Source: Azolla caroliniana
Taxonomy: Eukaryota; Plantae; Polypodiophyta
Direction of reading: 5' to 3'
NCBI GenBank assembly: GCA_043228905.1
Contig: JBHGNT010000014.1
Location: 3,534,001-3,598,000, forward strand
DNA length: 64,000 bases
Part shown: piece by piece, positions 21,524 through 35,000 of the stretch
How the letters are laid out: each line of letters opens with the position of its first letter
Position numbering within the stretch: the stretch's first letter is position 1
Position numbers and translations under genes: made by a program
Notes under the pieces: model-generated
What the model was told of the DNA's origin: nothing
Databases searched by the model: none
What the model saw: the letters and a program-made list of their open reading frames with translations, nothing else

Positions 21524-23515
21524 GACACTTCGGAGGGCGGAAGCACTTAAGAAGCTGAGCTACGACCAACCGATCATAGTAACGGTTGATACAAGTCCAA
21601 CCGGTATCGGGTGGGTCATCAATCAAGCCAACTCGGATGGTTCGCGGTATCCGATCCGATTCGGAGCAAAGGTTCTCAACGAAAGGCAACGTGGATATGC
21701 ACAAGTCAAAAGAGAACTGTGGGGAGTCGTGTCGGCGATAAAATCGGATCGGGATTATTTGATCGGAGTCGAAGTGGTGATCGAGACGGATTGTCTTCCA
21801 ATACTTGGGATGATGCGGTGTTGTACGATACCGGATGTAGCTATGCTAAGGTGGGTTGCATATGTCAAGTCGCTTAATCCGGAGGTTCGACACATCTCGG
21901 GGAAGGACAACGCGGTAGCGGATATGTTATCAAGGGCTCGGTTCGGAGACGACATAACCGAATCGGATAATGAAGAAGTTTCCGAAGACTACTTCGCGTC
22001 GGAGCACATATGCCGAGTGAACGTAATCCGAGAATTCCGGGAAGAAGAATACGAGGGAGAAATCTTGATGATCGGAAAGATGTTACAAGAGGCCGAGGAT
22101 TCAACAAACGATAAAGGAAGAAGAGCCGAGATCCGAAGGAAGAAGAGGCAAGTCCAAAAGTTCTTCTTGGAAAACGGATTAATATGGAGGGCGCCGAAAA
22201 GACCGGATGGTATACCACTTCGAGTAGTCGGGACAAAAGAGCAACGAAACCGGATAATGTCCGAGTTTCACGAATCCGATTGGGCTGGACACCGAGGAAC
22301 ATGGGCAACATTTGTGAAGATCAAGCAAAAATATTGGTGGAAGAAAATGTACAAAGATGTCGCGGAGTTCACGGAAAGCTGCGAGAAATGTCAAGTCTAC
22401 TCCGGGGTTCGACATCGAGATGAGTTACATCCGACATTCTCACCGACAATCAACTTCAAGTGGATGGTCGACATAGTGGCCATGTCGACCGGGATCAGAC
22501 AAAAGAAATACTTGGTATTAGCTCGGGAAGATCTCACGAATCAAGTAGAAGGTCGAGCGCTTCAGAGGAAAACGTGTTCCGCGGTATGCCAATTTCTTTT
22601 GGAGGAAGTATTTTGCAGGTACGGGTGCGTAGGACAAGTGATTGCAGACCGGGGAGAACTCGACTCGGACAAAGCTAGGGGATTCTTTGCCAAACACGGA
22701 GTTCGGTTATCGCTGACAACGACATACAATCTGGAGGCCAACGGGAAAATCGAACGAGGACATAGTCCGATCGTGAAAGCACTTGCGAAGGCATGCGATG
22801 GAAAGGTGAAGGACTGGCCGCAGATGCTTCCGTATGCACTATGGGCAGATTGGACGACGCATAGCTCCGTAACCGGTTACATGCCGGCAGAACTCATGAC
22901 CAGACAAGCACCGGTAATGCCGACGGAAATTGCGATCGCAACATGGACAGTGCTACCGTGGAAGGAAGAGATGAGCCGGGAAGAACTACTAGTGGTCCGG
23001 ATACGACAACTAGAGGGAAGACCGGCAGACATAGCGGAAGCGATACGCCGACAACAAGAAGCACGATTCCGGAACAAAAGCCGGTTCGACACAAAGCACC
23101 GACTACAACCGAGGAGGATTGAAGAAGGAGATTGGGTGATCGTCTATGACAGTAGTTTGGACCATCAACATACAACGATGCGGAAATTCGCGAAAAGGTG
23201 GTTTGGGCCATACGAGGTTCGGAAAGTCTTCGACAACAGAACGTACCGACTGTCCGAGTTGGATGGAACAATACTACGAGTGCCTATAGCCGGGAAGCGG
23301 GTGAAGATTTTCAAGAAGCGGACCAACGACAAACCCTATGTGATCCAAGCCAAGGCCGACAACGAGGAGCAATCGGACGAAGACCACGGTGATGCGGGAA
23401 GCGAAGAAAGTGAATTACAACTCATAGTCGACATAAGGGGAGAATTGGAGGAAGGTTCGAGTGAAGACGGATATGAGGAATCGAGAACTTCGGCACATAC
23501 CGGAGGATGTGCGAG
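21524..23515 (+). pseudogene. Gypsy RNase H and integrase
   Basis: Motifs TVDTSPTGIGW, ETDCLP, NAVADMLSR, HxxxxxGH...CxxC, IADRGE, NGKIERGH and GPY. Confidence 0.9.
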
Positions 23516-24760
23516 TGTCGTAGTGTATTCCACACACTACGTGAAAACCAGAAAATAATATATCCGATTTTAGATACATATAAATAAATAAATAATATAT
23601 CAAAATATTTATCATGTAAATAGGGCAAGTTTCGAACCATGCACCTCCAAGTAGGTAAACTTCAACTTTACCATTATAATAACTTATCTTTAGTGTTATA
23701 TATATAGATTTAATACATATAACACCTTTATTTATAGATACCTTTATTAAAAGGTAAAAATCATGTATTCTTTAGAGTGTGAATATTTTATTTACACGTG
23801 ACATTAAAAGTGACTCCTGCACATTTAGCGTGCATGAGCCCTATACTTAGGAAATGACAAAGCATCACATGCACATTTAGTGTGCATGGATACTTTAGGT
23901 GAAAAAGCATGAAGCAATGCTTAGCCTCTTCCATCTTTATATAAGGAGGAGAGAAATCTGTATAAGGTTGTTGATTAATATACAAGGATTGATCAATCTA
24001 ATATATTCGTGGGATTCACGAATTTTGCCATCAAAATTACTCTTATAATCTAAATATTGTTTTAAATACACTAAACTCGTGGGATTCACGAGATCGCTAT
24101 CTTACTTCTCTTTCTACTATTCATAACTAGCCTTAAGTGTATTCCTCTTCCTCCTAGTCCAAAACCTCAGCGGTTCCCACCCGACTCACGCAACGATCCA
24201 GAGCCGAAAGGCACGACACCGGATCCAATCAGAACTCCGCAGTTAAGCGTGCTTGGGCCAGAACAGTACTGGGATGGGTGACCTCTCGGGAAGTCCTGGT
24301 GCTGCACCCTTTTTGCTTCGAGTTGTCTTGTTTTCGTGCACAGTACTGGGATGGGTGACCTCCCGGGAAGTCCTGGGCATGGGTTGCGTTCTTTTCCCAT
24401 CCGAGCCGTTGCCGTGCGCGTGGGCCACTTGGCTTTCGTAGAGAAGGACGAGGTCATAGAATGGGTGAAACGTCGAGGGGCATTGTCATTCGGTGTGGGT
24501 TAAGAGTGTCATCCACATGAAAGAGAGGGCGTAAGAGGCGTATGCGGTGGGCATGAGTGGTGAGGTTCGAATCCAGGTAGGGGATATATATATGTAGTCC
24601 TTCTCTAGGATCCAAAGCCTTAGCCTTAGCCTTCGTCGGCGCCCGTCGTGCGTGCGGTTTGGATGGTGATTTGGTGGGTCCCTCGATTTTAGTTGTCCTC
24701 GTACAACATTTTTGTATAGGTTTGTTTAGTATTAGTACCTTGGAACGCAGAACACTATCG

Positions 24761-24879
24761 TGGTGCAGTCATACCTGTGCTAATACACCGGATCCCATTA
24801 GAACTCCGCAGTTAAGCGCGCTTGGGCGAGAAAAGTACTGGGATGGGTGACCTCTGGGGAAGTCCTGGTGTTGCACCCT
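24761..24879 (+). pseudogene. 5S copy with substitutions
   Basis: Full-length match followed by T5. Confidence 0.85.
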
Positions 24880-25152
24880 TTTTGGTTCGAGTCGTCTTCT
24901 TTTTGTGCACAGTACTGGGATGGGTGACCTCCCGGGAAGTCCTGGGCATGGGTTGCGTTCTTTTCCCGTCCGAGCCGTTCCCGTGCGCATGGGCCTCTTG
25001 GTTTTTGTAGAGGAGGACGAGAGAATAGGATGGGTGAAGCATCGAGGGGCATTGTTATTCGGTGTGGGTTAAGAGTGTCATCCGGATCAAAGAGAGGGCG
25101 TAAGAGGCTTATGCGGTGGGCATGAGTGGCGAGGTTCGAATCCGGGCAGGGG

Positions 25153-25200
<48 letters not shown>

Positions 25201-25371
25201 GTATGTAGTCCTTCTCTATGATCCAAAGCCTTAGCCTTAGCCTTCACCGGCGCCCGTCGCGCGTGCGGTTGGGACGGTGACGTGGTGGGTCCCTCTATTT
25301 TAGTTGTCCTCGTAGAGCATTTTTGTATAGGTTTGTTTAGCATTAGTTACTCGGAACGCAGTGGACTATCG

Positions 25372-25479
25372 TGGTGCGGTTATACCAGCGCTAATATACC
25401 GGATCCCATCAAAACTCCGTAGTTAAGCGCACTTGGGTCAGAACGGTACTGGGATCGGTGACCTCCCGGGAAGTCCTGG
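25372..25479 (+). pseudogene. 3'-truncated 5S copy
   Basis: Carries the same 77-bp deletion junction. Confidence 0.85.
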
Positions 25480-25664
25480 GCATGGGTTGCGTTCTTTTCC
25501 TGCCCGAGCCGTTCCCATGCACGTGGGCCTCTTGGCTTTCATAGAGGCGGACGATAGCATAGGATGGGTGAACCGTCGAGGGGCATTGTCATTCGGTGTG
25601 GGTTAAGAGTGTCATCCGGATCAAGGAGAGGGCGTAAGAGGCTTATGGGGTTGGCATGAGTGGC

Positions 25665-28600
25665 TAGAAATAATCATGCAATGGCCCAGAATAACTACCC
25701 GATGTCATTGGCTTAAGCAGAAGGAACTCAAGGAAATCCTCTTGGACAAATGTCTATTGAGATGTATTTTTCACAAATAAGCCAATAGATTAGTTTCACG
25801 TCTCAACAGATTACCGAACTTCGGCAATCTGAAAGTGCTCTCGAGTCATGTGTCATTAGTTTACAACGTGAGACTAATAGACCTGATGAGCGAGAGGGTG
25901 AACCATCATTTGTTGTTAAGCCATTTATGGGTTAAAAATAGGAAAGAACCGAAGAATCAATCTGCACGTGGGTGGGCTAATGGGAGTCTTATTTTGAGCT
26001 CTATCCCACGCTAGATAGTATGAAGATTGCATATGCCGGCCAAGAACTAGGGGGGTAAGGCTGCTGCCTGGTGGTGTGGGCTCCGAACTTTGGGGAAATT
26101 GGCCGATACCTGGATAGATTTTGTCACAGTTTTTAAGGGCCAATTTCTGCAACCTCCCTCTCGAACCGAGGTAGCTCAAGTTTTAATGAACCTCTCTAGC
26201 ATGAAATTTTCTTCGCTAGAAGACTATGTCGACCATGGTAGATCTCCAATCCAAAAATCGGGTCTAGAAGGGGACAATTGGTTAATAGCTTGTTTTCTCA
26301 ATGGCATCCCCAATTCAGACTATCACTAGATAGTGCACGATAAGGATCCAAAATCCTTTGAAGAGGTCGTTGAAATAGTTCTTCGCTATCAACACACTTC
26401 GAAGAAGGACCATAACAAACCCAACGAAGCGCCCGGGACTAAGTAGTCGCAATTCACTAGAAAACGCAACACACCCAACGAATTCATGGATCGCGATTGT
26501 AAGAGACAACTTACTTTTTGCGTATTCTGTAAAAAAGAAGGGTCATACAAAAGAGCAATGTCGAATGCTCCAATGGAAAGAGCATGACAGCAAAGCTAAA
26601 GCCGGAGACCATAAAGGTTAGATTCCTAATGTCCTTCAGGTCTATACACATCATTTAAGTAATTGTCAATGTTCTTTCCCTCACTATGTATTGGGTCCCA
26701 ATGATTTACTACGTGCAAATGGGTATGTCAATGGATCTCCCATACAATTTTTGTTTGATTCGGGAAGCTCACATTACTTTGTGAATGATTGTTTGGTTCA
26801 AATATGGGGAATCCAACCCACCGTAAGTGATCACACCTATATGGTGCACTTGGCTGATGGAAGAGTACAATACATCAATGGGGCGATTCATTCATTAGGA
26901 ATTTCTATTGATACTTATATAGACTCAGAACTAGACTTCCATGTAATGAATCTTTGTACCACTGATGTAATATTGGGTTATCCCTAGTTTTATAATAAAA
27001 ACTCTTCTTTGTCTATTGATTGGTTTTGTCATTCCATTTCCTTTGTACCAAACGATTGTACTCATTTTATTCAATGTGTAAATAAACAATCCCTTTCGAT
27101 TGTTTCCTCTCCATCAATATCCGAGTTGTCTTGTTCTACTCTATTTTATTGTGTACTTGATCCGGACATTGACGTTTACAATATCGATAATGTCTCGGTT
27201 CAATTAACATATTTTGAACAACAACAACTTGATGAAATCTTAAATGATTTTCGTGATGTTTTTCCGAGTGAACTACCATATGGGTTACCTCCTAAATGTA
27301 ATATAGACCATTGTATAGATATTGTACCTGGTGTTGCACCAATAAGTATACCTCCTTATCGTTTAAGTTGATCCGAAGAGGATGAGGTATCTAAGCAACT
27401 CAAGGACTATTTACGAATGGGTTATATACGTTATAGTAAATCTCCATGGGGTGCACCAGTTCTCTTGGTTAAAAAGAAAGAGGGCACATGGCGTATGTGT
27501 ATTAATTACCGACGCTTGAATAAAGTGACGATCAAGAATTTGTATCCATTGCCCCAGGCTGACGATCTAATTGACCGTCTCCAGGGAGGTCGGTATTTTA
27601 CGAAACTTGATCTCCGTACTAGCTACCATCAACTTCGTATAAGTGAGGACGATGTTCCTAAAATGGCATTTCGTACACGCTATGGCCATTATGAGTTTTT
27701 GGTTATGCCTTTTGGTTTGACCAATACTCCGGATACATTTCAACAAGAAATGAATGACATTTTCCGAGAACAACTTGGAAAATTTGTCGTTATTTTCTTG
27801 GATGATATTTTAGTTTATAGTCGTACATTACAAGAACATGTTAAACATGTCCGCTTTGTTTTACAAACATTGCATGACAAACAATTTTATGCGAAGATCT
27901 CAAAATGTGGGTTCTTCAAGAAATCAATTACTTATCTTGGACATCTCAAAACCGAACGAGGAGTTGAAATTGATCCTTCTCGCATCGCGAAAATCAAGCT
28001 TTGGCCCACTCTTAGGAATATTCGAGAAGTTCGATCATTCCTTGGTTTTGTCGGGTTTTTGCAAAAATCCCTTCGTAATTACTCCCAATTGACGACGTCC
28101 TTTACTAATCTTCTAAAAGGTCAAACATGTAAGTCTACAAAACCTATTGTTTGGAATGCTACACTAGACTTCGCCTTTAAGGATCTCAAGGACCTGGTGT
28201 GCAAGGCTCCTTCGCTTCTTTTACCTGATCCGTCAAAACCTTTTGAGGTTGAAACCGATGCAAGCGATTATGCTATAGGTGTTGTCTTATATCAAGATGG
28301 TAAACCAATAGAATTCGAGAGTAAGAAACTTGATTCTGCTCAATGTCGGTATACAGTTCAAGAAAAGGAGTTATTTGCAGTTATACATGCGCTCAAAACA
28401 TGGCGCCATTATCTTTATGGAAATCGTTTTGTGATAACTACGGACCACAAGTCCTTGAAATATTTTTGTGACCAACAAGACATGAAAGGTCGTAAGGCAC
28501 GATGGGTTGATCTCATCCAGGACTTTGATTTTTCCATACGATATTGTAAAGGTTCCATGAACACTGTCGCTGATGCACTAAGTCGCGTCCGTGAAGTTAA

Positions 28601-30535
28601 CATGCTTAGCTTCACTAAAATAACATCAGATCTTTATTATCACCTTCGAGGAAAGTATCTTGAAGACAGTTATTTTGCGAAATATTGGGCAAGAGTTGAG
28701 TCTGGAACAGACACCACCACATCCTTGAAGGAATACTTCTACATTGTTAATGGTCTACTCTACTGTAATGGGAAGATTTGTGTTCCAGATTTGCTTGAGG
28801 TCAAAAAGAGAATTCTTTTTTAATGCCATGATGCACCCTCTACGGGGCACCCTGGAATACATCGTACACTCGTTCTCATCTCCACTCAATTTTATTGGCC
28901 TAAGATGCATCTTGACATACATAGCTATGTGACTAAATGTCACCAATGTTAGGTTAACAAAGTTGAGCGACTTAAAGCCGCAGGACTTTTACATCCCTTG
29001 GACATTCCCAATAATAAGTGGGAAAGTATATCCATGGATTTTATTGTTAGCCTTCCTCGCACCCAAAAAGGCCATGATGCCATCTGGGTTGTGGTTGACA
29101 GACTAACTAAAATGGCCAAATTTATTGCTACAAAAACCATGGTAACAGCTCCTAAATTGGCTTACCAAATCATTGACAAGTTCTTTCATTTTTATGGGTT
29201 ACTAATAGATATCGTGAGTGATTGAGATCCAAAGTTTACTAGTGACTTCTGGACGCAAGTCTTTAAGAAATTAGAAACTACATTGAGCATGAGCTCCATG
29301 GATCATCCTCAATCCGATGAACAGACAGAACGAGTAAATCTGATTATTGAGGACATGCTTCGAGCATACGTTGGTACAAAACCAACAAAATGGGAACGTT
29401 ATCTCCCAAATTTGGAGTTTTCTTATAACAGCTCCAAGCATACATCGACAGGATATAGTCCTTTTGTGTTGATGTATGGTTTTCAGCCCGATTGATATTA
29501 ATATACATCATGATGAGTTGCGAAGTACGCAAAACTTTCTTTGGGATATGCAAGATATGTTGCATATTGCACGAGATAATATAAAAACAACTCAAGATAG
29601 AGCGTGCTTTTATGCCGATCATCATAGGCAACCTCGTGTATTCAACACTGGACAGAAGGTATGTTTACGTGTACCTCACAATTCTAAGACATTGTCTAAG
29701 GGTAAGTGCGCTAAGTTAGCCCCACGATTTTGTGGACCTTTTACAGTCCTCAACCGCATTGGGTCATCAACCTATCGTCTCGCTCTTCCTGATGGTGTTG
29801 AAATTCATCCAGTTTTTCATGTGAGTCGTCTAAAAGAACTTCTAGGTTCTGGCGACAATACAGTTATAACTGAAACTTTGGTTACTTCTGAAGAATTATC
29901 TTCTAAACCACATGTACCAGAAAGAATTCTCGATGTTAAAACAAAAAAATTACGTACTAAAGAAATCTGAGAATTTAAAATAAAATGGATGGATAAATCA
30001 ATAAAAGATGCCACATGGGAACACGAAAATACTCTCAGAACTAACTTCCCTAACTTTCCATTGCAAGAGTGCAATGTTTTAAAGAGGAGGAGTATGTTAC
30101 TGGCATGACCATATAATATCCCATGGTGAGAATTTATCGTAGTATTCTATACACGTGGATAAGTGTGAGGGTTAAACGAGAGTGTAAAGAAGGGGAGGAT
30201 TACTTTTAATCCTTGGGATTGAGACAACTCATTAGGCCAAGTGTCAACTTGCCTGGGGCCCTTGGGTATGGCTATAAATAAGAGGCCTAGCTACCCTCAT
30301 TTCATCATATTTTGACTACGTCGAGACTTTGTTTCGTGGTGGTTCAACTCTTGTAGCGAGCGCGCTAGAACCAGGTACGACTCAACGCCACGACGGTGGT
30401 ATGGGACGTCGATCGAGGCTCGAGTCTGTCTCTCTCCTTTCTCTTGGGGCTAGTCGGGTGGATCAACAACCTTCTTTCTCTCTCTCCTTTCTATCTATCT
30501 ATCTATTATTCTTTTCTCCTTATCATACGCTTACA
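25665..30535 (+). mobile_element. Decayed chromovirus-type Ty3/gypsy lacking its 5' LTR
   Basis: Motifs [52 protein letters not shown] and HPVFHVS. Chromodomain PERIL...IKW...ATWE. PPT at 30081-30094. 3' LTR about 30095-30535. Confidence 0.9.
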
Positions 30536-30568
30536 TTAGATCATATCTCTAATAGCAGAGCATTGTCG

Positions 30569-30684
30569 TAGTGCGGTCATACCAGCGCTAATACACCGGA
30601 CCATCAGAACCCCGCAGTTAAGCGCGCTTGGGCCAGAACAGTACTGGGATGGGTGACCTCCCCGGAAATCCTGGTGTTGCACCA
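30569..30684 (+). pseudogene. Degenerate 5S copy
   Basis: 5S match with a small internal deletion. Confidence 0.85.
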
Positions 30685-30973
30685 TTTTTGTTTCAAGTCG
30701 TCTAATATTTGTGAACAATATTGGGATGGGTGACCTCCGAGGAAGTCTTGGGCATGGGTTGTGTTCGTTTTCTGTTCGAGCCGTTCTCATGTGTGTTGGC
30801 TCCTAGCTTTCCCAAAGGCGGAGGAGAGCATCGAATGGGTGAAGCGTTGAGGGGCATTGTCATTCAGTCTGGGTTATTTGCGTCATCCGGATCAAGGAGA
30901 GGGAGTAAGAGGCTATGGGGTGGGCATGGGTGGCGTGGTTGAATCCTTGTAGAAAAGATATATATATATATAT

Positions 30974-31169
30974 TGTGAAATGCACATAAGAGATCAAAAC
31001 CAGCCTTGTTAGCTTCTTACTTCTTACTCAATTTATAGTTCATACAAAGGTACCCATTTGGGTTGGCTTAACTAAATAGGGTGTGCGAAAAGGGTGGGTC
31101 CACTTAGGTACATGCATCTTAAAAAGGGTGTCCTAAAAGGGTGGCACAAAGGCACACATGCACACCACA
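30974..31169 (-). mobile_element. Probable 196-bp solo LTR in the spacer (TA)n
   Basis: TGTG...CACA termini flanked by ATAT, with CTATAAA on the minus strand. Absent from the other spacers. Confidence 0.55.
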
Positions 31170-31375
31170 ATATATATGTATGTATGTATGTATGTATATT
31201 GTACTCATTCTCTAGGATCCAAAGCCTTACCCTTAGCCTTTGTCCGCGCTCGTTGTGTGTGCGGTTGGGACGGTAACGTGCGTCCCCTGATTTTTGTTGT
31301 CCTCGTATAGCATTTTTGTGTAGGTCGCGCCTGGTTTCATTCCCTTCATGTACCTCTGAACGCAGCGCGTTGTCG

Positions 31376-31494
31376 TGGTGTGGTCATACCAACGCTAATA
31401 CACCTCATCCCATCATAACTCTGTAGTTAAGTACGCTTGGGCCATAATAGGACTGGGATGGGTGACCTTCTGGAATGTCCTGGTGCTACACTCT
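31376..31494 (+). pseudogene. Degenerate 5S copy
   Basis: Recognisable 5S with many transitions. Confidence 0.85.
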
Positions 31495-31793
31495 TTTTGT
31501 TTCGAGTTGTCTTCTTTTTACGAACAGTACTTGGATGAGTGACCTCCCGGGAAGTCCTGCGCATGGGTTGCATGCTTTTTCTGGCTGAGTCATTCACGTG
31601 CATGTGCGTGTGCACTCCTAGCTTTCCTAGAGGCGGATGAGAGCATACATAGGTTGGGTGAAGCGTCAAGGGGCATTGACAGTCGGTTTGGGTTCAGTGC
31701 ATCATGCAGATCAAGGAGAGGGCATAATATGGCTTTCAAGGCTATGGGGTGGGCATGGGTGGGGATACAACGAGGTTCGAATACAGGGAGGAA

Positions 31794-31838
<45 letters not shown>

Positions 31839-32039
31839 CTCCTCTAGAATCCAAAGATCATAATAGTATATGGTAATTTGATGTATGTGTTATATTTAAT
31901 TGTGTTTAAACAATAGTTTAGTAGAGTCGACTGACTCCAATCTCCAACCACAATCCCATTGATAGAACGACTAGATAAGTATGTCGTTTGACCTTTGTGT
32001 CTGTTGACCAAGACAACACTAACCAAGACAACACTAACC

Positions 32040-35000
32040 AAGAACCTGGTCTTCCATACTCGGACAAAGCATATCGAGGTGCATTATCATTTTTTCCATG
32101 ATCAAGTTTTCTCTTGTGAAGTGGAGCCGGTGTATCTTCCGATAGATCGGCCGGTTGCCAATAACTTCACCAAACCTCTTGACCTGGACAAGTTGTGTCA
32201 ATTTTCAACTATGCCTTGCTTACAACATCTCAACTTGCTAAACTTGAGGGGGAGAAGTGAAAGCAAAGGAGAGAGGGGGAGAGATGATGTCCAAGAGTAT
32301 ATCCAAAAATTCGGAGCCAGATCTGATGTGGAATCCGAATCCGGGTCGACTGAAGAAGCTAGAACGTCCAGAATGACTAAAGAACCTGAGGACATGTCGA
32401 ACAAGTGGAAGAAGATCGGCTAAGTGTAAACAAGCCAGTTGCTGGGGGAGTGGCCGAAACAGAGAGCTGAAGCTAGAGCCAACCGAATGAGGGGGAGGTA
32501 AACCCGAGGGAGGCAAGGCAGTTGGCAAAGCCAACCTGAAAGTGAAGGCGAGGACTAGGATGTGGTTAGACGTGGCCAAGGGCCTAAAGGAAGAAAAATC
32601 AGAGACAACTGGTTTAGACAAGAGCGGGAACGAATCACAGACAATCGATCCGATCGAGATGTATGAATCAGACGAGTCGAATCCTAAGAAGACCAAGTGG
32701 ACGAGTGGGGTGTCGAAGACGACGCCGATATGGAGGAGCCAACGGGTCAAGGGGCACCATTTCCGCGATAGCAAGGGAGCTAACAAGGGCCTGAGGAGCA
32801 GACGAGCCGACCGTAGGGGTCAAGAAGTGCGGAGCCAGACGGGTCGAGAAGCGTTGGATCGGACCAAATCTTGACATTATTGTTGTCATGTCCGTGACAT
32901 TATCCTCCCCTTTACGGCCGCCTTTTCGGAAGTGTGGTGTAGGGGTGAGCTGAGAGAGAAAACCGGAGTAGGTTTAGGAGTGGCTGACCATGAGCAATCC
33001 TCACCCGAGAATGGAACAAGAGTGAACGTGAGTGACCATGTGCGGTCCTCACCGGGAACTGGGACACCAACGGGTGTGAGAGACCCTGTGCAGTCCTCAA
33101 CGGAGACACAAACACCGATAGGCGTGAGCGACCATGTGCGGTCCTCACTAGAAACTGGGACACCAATAGGCGTGAGCGACCTTGTGCGGTCCTCACCGGA
33201 GACATGAACACCGACCAAACGAGGCATGCGAGGAAGGCATGAAGACGCTAGGAGATGCCAGGTGCGAGAACTAGCGGATGCTCACACGAGGAATCAACCT
33301 ATCACGGACACACCAACCGTGGACTCAGGCTGAGGACAGATGATGGGGCTACGAACTAGAAGTGACAAGGCTAGAAACTCGAGACGATGATGCGAGGAAC
33401 TTAAGACACTAGAAATGGACTATGATAGGGCACCGATGACAGGGCTAAGAGGAATGGAGACAAGACGGAGCGAAACAAGAATACTAGATTGATGTGTCAA
33501 TGACTGGTGTTGAATCCCTTGAAAGGGACCAAGGAGGTTACACGTATTTATACTGCAAGTTGAAGTACATGCATTAGAATATTCTGGAGAATATTTGGGA
33601 AAATATTCTAGACTGTCTAGAACCTTCTAATTCTAGAACTTTCTTAAAACTCCTTGAACTTGAGATATAGATGATCTAGTAATAATATACTAAGATATAC
33701 ATAACATGACCATGTATTTGGGTTGTGTTGGTTAGAATATAGCACTTGACTATATACAAGAGGTGAAGAGTTCAAATCTTGACATTATTGTTGTCATGTT
33801 CGTGACATTGTCCTCCCCTTTACGGTTGCCTTTTCGGAAGTGTGGTGTAGGGGTGAGCTGAGAGAGAAAACCAAAGTAGGTTTAGGAGTGCCTGACAATG
33901 AGCAGTTCTCACCCGAGAATGGAACAGGAGTGAACCTGAGTGACCATGTGCGGTCCTCACCGGGAACTGGGACACCAACAGGTATGAGAGACCCTGTGCA
34001 CCCTTACCGGAGACACGAACACCGACGGGCGTGACCGACCATGTGCGGTCCTCACTAGAGATTGGGACACCGACGGGCGTGAGGGACCTTGTGCTGTCCT
34101 CACCGGAGACATGAGCACCGATGCACGTGAACGACCATGTGCGGTCCTCCCCTAAGACACGAACACTGATGGGCATGTCAGGAACTACATGCTCCCGATG
34201 ATAAGAAACACAAAGATAGATATGTGGAGGATGAGAAGAAAGTAAAAAACAAAGATGATGATGAGGAGAAACTAAAAGATAGAGACCACGATGAGAAGAA
34301 ATGTAAAGGAATATGTGCGGAAGCATGTGTGTGAAAGAAACAGAGTACACAGTTCAGAAATATGACAGTTCAGTGAAACACAGAAAGCAAGAAGAAGAGG
34401 GAGAGACAGAGAGAGCAGAGAATAGTTCTATTCCAAGAAAATAACGCTTTGTACATAGGATGCGCTCAGAGAGCACTTTTATTCAAGTCCATACGGTCTG
34501 ACAAAAGTACTGACACGTACTTCAATGCTCATCAATGACCCCTACACTAACTCCCAAAATATATTCCTCCGCGGAATATCTTTCCAATGGCCTCCCGGTT
34601 TACGCATTGCTACGGCCTCTTTTGCGCACCCGGTTTACACACCTAGTCTATGCATTGGTTTACGGACCGGTTTACATACCCAATATTGAGCTTGTATCTC
34701 AACAAGAAACTAGGAGATAGAGATGACGGGGAAGATAGGAAACGAAGGGATGTTGATGATGGTAACTCTAGAAGCAAGGACGGTGACGATGGTAACTCTA
34801 GAAGCAAGGGCAATGACGAAGACGGATTGGCGAGGAAGATAAGAAACGAAGGGATGTTGATGACGATAACTCTAGAAGTAAGGACGGTGACGATGGTAAC
34901 TCTAGAAACAAGGGCAATGACGAAGACAAGTGATGCTTCTAGTTGGAAGGGATTCAAACTATCACGGACACACCAACGCTAGATTACGACAAAGTACAGA

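Larger units (their letters stand above)
9135..24218 (+). mobile_element. Non-chromoviral Ty3/gypsy LTR retrotransposon carrying two nested insertions
   Basis: LTRs 9135-9835 and 23516-24218 (TGTCGT...ACGACA). 4-bp TSD CCGG. PBS at 9840-9856. Domain order gag-PR-RT-RH-IN. Confidence 0.95.
9104..24310 (+). pseudogene. 5S gene split by a gypsy insertion (9104-9134 and 24219-24310)
   Basis: TAATACA-CCGG|element|CCGG-ATCCAATCAGAACTCCGC. Confidence 0.93.

Noticed and set aside
25883-25910. CTGATGAG as a hammerhead core
   Set aside because: No GAAA or flanking stems; it lies in decayed gag sequence.
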